Shown piece by piece: positions 1-8,529 of a stretch of 17,874 nucleotides of DNA (position 1 is its first letter; each line of letters begins with the position of its first letter). The stretch lies in assembly GCA_024626585.2 (NCBI GenBank), contig JANKJI020000002.1:18800443-18818316 (forward strand), read 5' to 3'. Position numbers and translations under genes: made by a program. The notes beneath the pieces were generated by a model. It saw nothing but the letters and a program-made list of their open reading frames with translations, did not search any database and was not told where the DNA came from. The DNA is from Ginkgo biloba (taxonomy: Eukaryota; Plantae; Ginkgophyta).

Positions 1-496
1 TTCTAGACATCTTACTAATTCCACATATAGTAGAACTAAAATCAATATCACTACATAAATGTATAGGGATATATGTCAAGATCCTAATAGGTCATGATAT
101 AAAGTAAAACTTATTAAAGATGTTTTGATAATGTTGGCATAATTTAATATTTACTTAATGTTATAAGACCATTTTATTTATTATGATATTAAATTAGTTA
201 TGTGATAAATCATATTAGGGTCAGTACTTAGTATGAAACATGGAAAGACTTATAGGATAAGTGATGAGTCATTAATTAACTCTTACATTTCCAAAAGTAT
301 ATAAATACTTATACCATTAGTTGTAAATTGAATGGAATGTGAAATCTATGGTAGACCAATTCTATTAGATATCTCTATATATTTTTTTGGGTTTGTTAAT
401 TTTCTTATGATATTAGATTAATTATAATATCATTTATTTACATGTGGTGTCAAATATGAGGGTAGNNNNNNNNNNNNNNNNNNNNNNNNNNNNNNN

Positions 497-1084
497 TATT
501 GAGAGAACAAGGTTGTATACTTCATAGAAATTAAATGAAAATATGATTAAATATGAAGGAGAGGCACTATTATGAGTGTAAGCCCCTAAAGGATCTTTAT
601 GAATGTTTGAAGATCACCATAGCTATGAAGAACATTTAAGAATGTTGTAGGTCACCTAGATATGAAAAATATATATTCTCACTATGTTTCCTTATGGTAA
701 GAGAGCATCTCTATAAAGAAATACTATGAAGAACATAGCTTGATGGAGGAATTTATACTCTTGTTGAGAATCTGAGCATAGTAGGAAATCACTAGAGTTT
801 GAAATATTGAACGAATAACAATTTGGTTATTCTCTATAATTGGGTTCATGCATATTCTATGAATAATGTTATATGATAATGATATTCAGAGTGTAATGTC
901 ATTGACACTAGTAGATAGAATTTGTAGATCTATGGAAAACTAATGTTGATCATATTATATTTGGACAATCATTAGACATCACCTTTGGTCATAGGCAATT
1001 GATTATATTGGATCAAGAATACTTGAACCTAGTTTATGGTGGAAATTTGTAAGCCTATCTCGGTGAAGGTGACCATAATGAGCA
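497..1084 (-). mobile_element. Possible heavily decayed Copia-type GAG-pre-integrase/integrase remnant
   Basis: Faint - strand motifs (HYGHLH, DC..QH..FP, LHSE, S.DF..LC) in Copia order with many stops; CpG nearly absent. Weak, by-eye evidence. Confidence 0.3.
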
Positions 1085-4000
1085 NNNNNNNNNNNNNNNN
1101 NNNNNNNNNNNNNNNNNNNNNNNNNNNNNNNNNNNNNNNNNNNNNNNNNNNNNNNNNNNNNNNNNNNNNNNNNNNNNNNNNNNNTATGAGGATTTTAGCT
1201 TGAATATTTTCTTGAAATATTATAGAAGAGGGTTCATTTATCTTGTAATCCAATCATATTAATGCATAGTGGATTAATTTGGATATTATGCAGGTATTTA
1301 TGTCTTTAGCAAGTGCATAAGGATTGATATTTCTAGTTGCATGTAAGGGAATGAATCTTTCTAAATCCCTATTTTATTTTCATATTTTCACATACCATAC
1401 CATGATAATGTGCATGTTATTTTGTTTTTTTGGTGTACAAGAATGATATCATATTTTTACGCACAACATGAGCGTGCACAAACACAATAAGCACTAAAGA
1501 GTGCGTGTAGATATGGTATTGAAGGTACAAGTTGTATAGGGAGAAAAAAAAAGTCACACAAATGGGACATAAAGTTATAATCCATGATAATAGAATATTA
1601 TAAGCAATTGTAACATTTATCACCCACTTTGTTTAATTATATATTGTTTACACAATTCATATGAAGGTCATTCCTTAATCCTCCGTACATCCTTTACCAA
1701 TCTATTTTTTTAATTTCTTAAGATATTTAGGTAAAATATTATCTCAAACCTTGGCCAAATTAGTGAAAGGATTGGTTTTGGGTGATAGATACCCCTTTAT
1801 TCCACTATTATGTCAAGAAATCTACTAAATGGCTCCTTCCTTATGTGGATCATGCAGAATGTTGTAATAAAGTTTGGAGAAGATTGTGTTGTTTACAAGC
1901 CCAAGATATGTAACTAGGAATGATTTGGAAAACTAATATAGAAGAAAAGAATACGTTACTTTTATAGTTATTTTTTCAAAATGTACTTCTATTAGGTTCC
2001 TAACTTGCCAAATTGGGTATTAATTAACCCTATCCTTTTTATGAAGAAGAGGAATTCACACTTCATTTATTCTAGAACTATGTTAAGATTTAATGAATAT
2101 GTAAGCATTCTATTTTAGCCACTAGGAGGCACTACTTTCAACTTGTATAATAGAACATAATATTGTAAGGGGTTGTTTACACTTTAGATTAAGTATTTAC
2201 TATATCTTAGCATGTTATGAAGATAAACTTTTATGGACCATATGTCAAGTAAAATTTAATGTAGTGTTCAATGATTCGTAGGTGGTTAATATTACTTCTA
2301 ATGTCCTTAAATACTTTTCTTATAATGTATATTCTCATATGCAATCCCATTTGGATGAATATGCTATTAAGGCTAGTCATTTCAACTCATTATTGGAGGA
2401 AATTCACTTTGAGGTCAAATAGGATTCCTATTGAGGCTAAATACTACCATAGAATATTGTGCAAGACCTATGTTTATGCCATCACTCAGAGTATTAGAAA
2501 AAAATAAATATTGAGCAATAGATTAAATAGAAACTCTAAGACCCTTTGTTAGAATATTTAATGGGTAATTATAATTGCAATGCCATCAACCCCTTAGTTT
2601 ACAGTGTAGAGGATTCCCTTAAAGGAATTTGATTCTACTTCACTAGCACCTCACCTTTTTTACCTTAACTAGGAACTTATGACTCATGATGAAGAGATTG
2701 TNNNNNNNNNNNNNNNNNNNNNNNNNNNNNNNNNNNNNNNNNNNNNNNNNNNNNNNNNNNNNNNNNNNNNNNNNNNNNNNNNNNNNNNNNNNNNNNNNNN
2801 NCAACACTATTACTTAAATGTATTGATCTTTGAAACACGTAAGTATAGACTTTTGAATATTTTGAATCCAAATGTAATTATAGAGTCTATAACATATGAT
2901 ATTTTTATAATATATGTAGTTCTAATTGTAGGGATGCTACTACTTGAACTTTCTCCTAATAGAGGGTTTTAAAAATATAAACTCATGTAAAATCAATCCC
3001 CTTCAGCTAAACTTTCCTCTTTATAAATTGATTATCAAGGAGATCATTGTCATCACCTCTTGTTGTTATATTCTATTCAATTTTTATAAGAGAAAAAAAT
3101 ATTAATTTAAAAGAGACGAGATTTTTCATCTATACCCCATCCTCCCTTATAGAAGTCTAGGTATCACCAAGGGATGTAATGTAATTCATATGAGATTTTG
3201 TGCATATAAAAAACTTTTAAAAAAATTAAAAAAATACTTAACCCCATTGTATATAATTTAAAAATTTATTAATAAAAAATATCCCTTATATGACTTACAT
3301 GATATTATACAAAAACCTATATTGCCTCCCTAGGGTTTTGTATATTCTTTTATAATGTTTTAGTATGATTATAATGATGTACTGTGGCTGGGTATTAATC
3401 CTATTTAATTTTATTATATAGATGTGTAATATTTCTTATCTAAAATGTTATACTAAAAATAAAATTCATTCATGGACTTAGGGAAGAGATATGATTCTTA
3501 TTCACGAACGAAATTACTAGTATACATCCTTTATGGCAAGGTCTTAATAAAGACAAATAAAAGGATTAGGTCTAAGCTTGAAATAATAACAAAAGTGCAC
3601 TAAAACTTGATGAATGTTCCTCATGTGACAACTAAATGCCACTTTATTTCTCTCCTCAAGTAATATTATGTAAGAAGATGAAGCATGGGGTATTGCCAAG
3701 GATATTAATGTGTGCATCAATTATTATTGCAAGAGTCAATGCAAACAAACAGGATGGTGAGGCCAATCTATACTGTATGTTAAAAAACTAAACATATGTC
3801 CTATTGACCAACCCCCTCATTAATGGAGAAATAAATCATTAAATTCCTAAGTTTCTTTATTAAGATTTAATATATCATAATAATTTATCTATAGAATTTT
3901 GATCAAATCATTTTAATATCATAATATTAAATGCATTAAATACATTCAAGATTTAATCGTTGGTATATTTAATATATATGATTATAATCTAACAATANNN

Positions 4001-4483
4001 NNNNNNNNNNNNNNNNNNNNNNNNNNNNNNNNNNNNNNNNNNNNNNNNNNNNNNNNNNNNNNNNNNNNNNNNNNNNNNNNNNNNNNNNNNNNNNNNNNNN
4101 NNNNNNNNNNNNNNNNNNNNNNNNNNNNNNNNNNNNNNNNNNNNNNNNNNNNNNNNNNNNNNNNNNNNNNNNNNNNNNNNNNNNNNNNNNNNNNNNNNNN
4201 NNNNNNNNNNNNNNNNNNNNNNNNNNNNNNNNNNNNNNNNNNNNNNNNNNNNNNNNNNNNNNNNNNNNNNNNNNNNNNNNNNNNNNNNNNNNNNNNNNNN
4301 NNNNNNNNNNNNNNNNNNNNNNNNNNNNNNNNNNNNNNNNNNNNNNNNNNNNNNNNNNNNNNNNNNNNNCTGCCCATGGCAACGTTATTGGACGTTACGT
4401 TTATATGCTACTTACATCGTGTCATAAACACTTAATGTGGCACTCTTGATATTTGCCACGGCAACTAATGCTCGAAAACTCTC

Positions 4484-4501
4484 CACGTGCGGGCATGCAT
4501 G
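4484..4501. promoter_or_regulatory. Adjacent G-box (CACGTG) and RY element (CATGCATG) in the putative AGO promoter
   Basis: CACGTG at 4484-4489 and CATGCATG at 4494-4501, in a CpG-retaining stretch ~360 bp upstream of the putative ATG. The motifs are seen directly; function is inferred. Confidence 0.4.
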
Positions 4502-4543
4502 GAGAGAACAAGACTCACAGTAACGCAAAAGGACTCGACAATT

Positions 4544-4573
4544 GTTATAATTATTATTATTATTTATATTATT
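4544..4573. repeat. Short imperfect (TTA)n microsatellite
   Basis: ttataattattattattatttatattatta. Confidence 0.6.
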
Positions 4574-4858
4574 AACTGTTATTACGTTTCAAAGATCTGT
4601 ACCGTTTTGTATAAGAGGTGACGGAGTAACCCCAAAGACTCGAGAGACCCCAGATGGGCTGTATTACAAAAATCCGCGAACGCATCAGATTCCTATGTAA
4701 TTCTAGTTCTTGCATATCTTTTGATCCATGGAGCAACATACGGACAACGGAAGATAAGGAGCGGGAGGACAAAGCATAAACTATAGTGTTCAAAACATGC
4801 CAGATCCAGCCAAAGATCCAATGAGTTCGAATGAAATGTTCCAACGTAGTCGATGTGA

Positions 4859-5009
4859 ATGGTTTCTACAAAACCATCCTCATGTGAAACTGGAAGTAAA
4901 TGGACCCGAGGTTCCGCCTCTCTCCGACNNNNNNNNNNNNNNNNNNNNNNNNNNNNNNNNNNNNNNNNNNNNNNNNNNNNNNNNNNTTGCCGATTCCAAC
5001 TTGATAAAG
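4859..5009 (+). CDS. Putative first coding exon of the AGO gene (MVSTKPSSCETGSKWTRGSASLR..N-gap..CRFQLDK)
   Basis: ATG at 4859 opens a frame that stays open on both sides of the N run up to AAG|GTTAAT (donor at 5010). This gives phase 1, which matches the next exon. The N run hides about 20 codons. Confidence 0.4.
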
Positions 5010-5239
5010 GTTAATCTAAAAGCGTATTTTAAATAGTTGTCTGACAGACTCTCCAGCATTAAGCTTAGTTAAACGAGATGACATTGTGTGTAGAGAACTA
5101 CACGGATGCACATCGGGAATTTTTGTAATTTTTTTAAGTAAATTTAGAGCTTTAACAGTCATTGACATGAATATAATGTCGACTTATTTTTTTTTTTTTT
5201 TTGTAAACTAAATACTTTATACGATGTGGATGTTTGCAG

Positions 5240-5302
5240 GATGTATAGAAAAAGGTTGCAAGATGAAACCTGGTTGCAACCTTCATCTGAACAGTCGGGG
5301 AG
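5240..5302 (+). CDS. Putative 63-nt second exon of the AGO gene ((G)CIEKGCKMKPGCNLHLNSRG(G))
   Basis: Preceded by a T-rich intron with poly-T and the acceptor TTTGCAG|(5239); followed by donor AG|GTAATT (5303). Open in phase 1/1, and joins in frame to 5398 across a 95-nt intron ending ACTGCAG. Confidence 0.55.
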
Positions 5303-5397
5303 GTAATTAAGATTCATATACGCTCTACGGTGCGTTTGCAGAATGTACTCAGAATAAATTAGTTAATTGTAACCACGTGCATATTGAATGACTGCAG

Positions 5398-6448
5398 GTT
5401 ATATCCAATCTTGTACGCCGCGTGGGTCGAACGAAAAGAACGTCTCTTTGAAGAGACAGAGTTCTTCAAAAAAGCTTCCAGGTTCAAAAAGTGGGAGGGA
5501 GGTGAAGGTCATGGCGAACCATTTCCCAGTGAGTATATTAGAGGACCATGTAGTGATAATTCACTTCCACGTCACTGTCCAACCTCCCTGTGATTCGGAG
5601 GAGGTAAGCCGAAAATTGAAGAGTTTGCTGCAAGAAGAGTTTTTCCAACAACTGATAGCATTCGACGGTCGTCAAAGTATGTATATAGCAGAAAATACCA
5701 AGTTGAAGTGCCGCGAATTCGAGAGGAAGATAGTACAATTTGATGTTTGCCCTTGGAACGACGGAAGGACATACAGAATGACTCTTAGAAAAATTCATGA
5801 AGTTAATGTCCAAGGCCTCTTAGAATATCTCAGCGGTGTTACAGAGAAGGTCCCAAGTGCTTATGTGACGGCGCTCGAGATTGCAACGAAGGATAGTACC
5901 TCCTGGGTTCATTCTGCTGTAAATAAATTATTTTACGTCTATAACGATAGAATGGCTTCAGGGGACTTGGCATTAAATCTTCATAACCGCATAATCAATG
6001 AAAGGGGTTCCATTTGTGTTTTACCTGGCTTTTCCTACAGCTTGCGTCCTCTGGAATGTGGGTTAACACTAAATCTCGACGTCTCCGCTGCCGCCTTCCA
6101 TGCTAGAAAATGTGTGATACATTATTTGAAGGGTAGGGAGATTGAACCCCAGAGATTGCTTTTCGTACATGATGAATTCCAACTCGCTGGGAACATATTG
6201 CGTGGTCTGTACGTAGATGTCACTTACGGATCGGCTTCCTTTAGATGCAAAATCAGGGGCTTTTCCGATAACTCGATAAACAACTGTATGTTATTCGACA
6301 AATCTCGAGGAAGGGAAAGATCTGTTTTGGACTACTTCCAGTTCGAGTACTACCCCATTCAGATTGATCCCTATCTACCATGTTTGATTGTAACAGGAGG
6401 AATGGAATCATGTGATCAATATGATAGTTTGGGTATTCCCAGGTTTAG
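5398..6448 (+). CDS. AGO: Argonaute N domain, linker 1 (DUF1785/ArgoL1) and PAZ copy 1
   Basis: Part of ORF 5388..6482, with about 350 uninterrupted codons containing G.EVKVMANHF, FDGRQSMY, GFSYSLRPLECGLTLNLDVSAAAF, LRGLYVDVT, SVLDYF and YLPCL. The ATG at 5388 probably lies inside the intron (acceptor CAG ends at 5397). Confidence 0.9.
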
Positions 6449-6682
6449 GCCGATACCTCGATCCCTATGGAGATGTGTTTGATTACGAAGGGCCAGAAGT
6501 ATAGTGGTGACATTCCTGATAACTAAAGTGCATTATTTTTAGATTTGAGATAGCCGAACGCTTATATGAAAATATTAATTCAAGCTTCCGCCACCTTTTA
6601 GGAGTTTGCTAATGTCTAAAAATAATGAACATGGCATTAACTTCCTTGTTATACAGAATAAATACGTTACATAGATGATAAG
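6449..6682 (+). pseudogene. Decayed end of PAZ1 and start of linker 2 (copy 1)
   Basis: The -1 frame reads ADTSIPMEMCLITKGQKYSGDIPDN*(TAA 6524)SALF. After another shift it reads EIAERLYENINSSFRHLL (copy 2: TAEQRSKNIKETFSLVRSLL), and later IRYIDDK at 6662-6682 (copy 2: ARDIDD(N)). The homologous donor site reads AA|GG here instead of AA|GT. Confidence 0.7.
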
Positions 6683-6969
6683 GACCTTTTGTCCAGTGTG
6701 AATTAGANNNNNNNNNNNNNNNNNNNNNNNNNNNNNNNNNNNNNNNNNNNNNNNNNNNNNNNNNNNNNNNNNNNNNNNNNNNNNNNNNNNNNNNNNNNNN
6801 NNNNNNNGAAATCTTATAGGGTAGGTAAGATTAAGTTGTGCAAATGTATCTCTATCCTATATAAGGGTATAGTGCGAGCAACGTGATCATTCAGTAGCCT
6901 AAATGTGCATGAATGTGTACAGAGTGATCGGCAAACATAGCCATTAAAGCATGTTGTTGTTTGATGTAG

Positions 6970-7698
6970 GAGTTAGAAGATCATCTTCCACCTTCTCTTT
7001 TGCAACATGATATTGGAACTCGGAGCAGTAGAGAGGCCTCTGTTGACGCACCATTTTTACTACGAACGACTCAGAATGCATCAGGCCATCTGTCTCTGCC
7101 AGGTTGGTTGCCTCAGCAACATCTTAGTCTGCCTCAACAATCAAGGCCCAAGGCACCTATAATGGATCTTCCAAATCACAATAGCTTTGTTTCTTTAAAT
7201 GTAGTTCAATCAGAGGGACAATCTGTCCCTTCTCTGAATGGTGGCTTGCCAACAAGTATTGGACCACCGGCAGGACCAAGAACAAACTTTCGATCAAATA
7301 ATGGACTCGGCACTGGTCCTCTGAGCTTTGGATCTATTCCGCTTGTGACACCAGTATCAAGTGGAATGTCTCTTCGACAGCGGCAATCCCAGAAATCTCC
7401 ATCTCCATCGGCACTTCCCTCCATGCAGCAGCTGCCTTGTTCACCTCCATCTGCTCTGCCCCGTCAACAGTCAATTCAGCCAGTGCAGCATCAACAGCAG
7501 AATAATTTTATTAAGCTTGACCATCTACAAGTTCAATCCCTTCCTCCACATCCACCACAGCTTGTTCAACAAGTTCCTCAGCCACTGTCCCAAATGCAGC
7601 AGGTTCTGCAGCCACAAACTGCTCAAGATTCGTTACATCAGTTGCCACATAATCATGCTCAATCTGGCACTACAACACCTAGATCCTCAGATTCTTAG
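6970..7698 (+). CDS. Gln/Pro/Ser-rich low-complexity coding exon of non-Argonaute origin (transcription regulator-like; parent gene unknown)
   Basis: 242 open codons beginning ELEDHLPPSLLQHD right after the acceptor TTGTTTGATGTAG|(6969). GC content is higher than the flanks, and there are Q/P/S runs such as QHQQQQNN and PPHPPQLVQQVPQP. No recognisable folded domain. Confidence 0.6.
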   Translation, partial: ELEDHLPPSLLQHDIGTRSSREASVDAPFLLRTTQNASGHLSLPGWLPQQHLSLPQQSRPKAPIMDLPNHNSFVSLNVVQSEGQSVPSLNGGLPTSIGPPAGPRTNFRSNNGLGTGPLSFGSIPLVTPVSSGMSLRQRQSQKSPSPSALPSMQQLPCSPPSALPRQQSIQPVQHQQQNNFIKLDHLQVQSLPPHPPQLVQQVPQPLSQMQQVLQPQTAQDSLHQLPHNHAQSGTTTPRSSDS

Positions 7699-7800
7699 TC
7701 TTAATGCCCTTATCATAGCATCCATGTAAACCTAAAGTACTTAGAGGTAAAGAAGCACCTTTAGTAGTCAAACAGGGAAGAGGAAGAAGAATACATATGG

Positions 7801-7941
7801 GAAGAGTTGAATCAAAGATACAAATGTTACTGTGAATAGACACAAATGGTAGTTACTTCATTTGAGTTTATATCAAGTCTAAGGACTACAACTCCCTACA
7901 CTGCCTGGGTATTGAAAGCAATGTCAAAACACTGCCAAAAT
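7801..7941 (+). pseudogene. Decayed BELL (POX) domain fragment of a BEL1-like TALE homeodomain gene
   Basis: Not in the ORF track. The frame continuing from 6970 reads EELNQRYKCYCE*TQMVVTSFEFISSLRTTTPYTAWVLKAMSKHCQ. This aligns without gaps to the plant BELL consensus as I recall it: [46 protein letters not shown]. NLKYL at 7729-7743 may be a SKY-motif remnant. No homeodomain is seen. Confidence 0.8.
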
Positions 7942-7956
7942 TAACTTTGGGTGACA

Positions 7957-8434
7957 ATTAAAGCATTAGTTGGACTCTACATAGATGTCACTCATCGAAT
8001 GACTTCTCGATAATACAAAATCGTCGAGATTTCAAAGAGATTGGTAATACAATATATGTTATTTGACATTGATTCTCAAGAGGAGACAAATGTTGTGGAT
8101 TATTTCCAAATGAACTATCACCCGATTGAAATCAACGCCTATCTGCCGTGTTTAATTATTATCAAAAGACACAATATACCAACAATAAATCAAGTCAAAA
8201 AAAATGTTAAAAATGCTGATGACAATGCACATATTAAAGTGATAAATACCTCCCGATGGACATGAGTCTGATTGCCAGGGGCCAGAAATATACTGACAGA
8301 GTTTCCCATACGAGTAAGAATACGTTAAGGTCCATGGTGGGCGATACGGCTGAGCAACGCTCTAAAAACATTAAAGAAACTTTCAGTCTAGTGAGGAGTT
8401 TGCTACAAGGAGGCGCACGAGACATTGACGACAA
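7957..8434 (+). pseudogene. AGO: Argonaute PAZ copy 2 and start of linker 2, with one stop and one frame break
   Basis: Reads IKALVGLYIDVTHRMTSR*(TAA 8011)YKIVEIS...NVVDYFQMNYHPIEINAYLPCLII, then in the -1 frame SDKYLPMDMSLIARGQKY...ARDIDD, ending at donor AA|GTACGT (8435). Confidence 0.85.
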
Positions 8435-8529
8435 GTACGTGCATAGTAAAAATTTAATTCGTTGCATCTAAAATTAGAATGTTTTTTGCAAGTTTCTTCT
8501 GCTAATTACCAGTGTCGTTATCCCTGCAG
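8435..8529 (+). other. 95-nt spliceosomal intron (phase 2) in AGO linker 2
   Basis: GTACGT...GCTAAT (branch-point-like)...CCCTGCAG. Removing it joins ORF 8256.. in frame to ORF 8462.. (IDD-AA|T=N-TIRPVRPFGIEI). Confidence 0.85.

Noticed and set aside
4797-5036. 79-aa ORF as the first AGO exon
   Set aside because: It is phase 0 at the 5010 donor and would read GAT GTA TAG in the next exon. The ATG 4859 frame fits the downstream phase, assuming the N-run length is exact.
6524-8013. Alternative genetic code (TAA/TAG = Gln, as in ciliates and some ulvophyte algae), since all internal stops are TAR and the AGO ends in TGA
   Set aside because: More than 1,000 codons of neighbouring exons, including a very Gln-rich one, contain no in-frame TAR. 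The stops cluster with G>A missense changes, and the BELL motif is land-plant-like. Mutation explains the pattern better.
8197-8204. A8 run as a programmed -1 slippery site in PAZ copy 2
   Set aside because: The -1 frame hits TAA at 8208 and 8235 before reaching the YLPM motif.
8462-8529. N-terminal 23 aa of the 533-aa ORF, and likewise the ATG at 5388, as real protein starts
   Set aside because: Both lie inside predicted introns, upstream of clear CAG acceptors.
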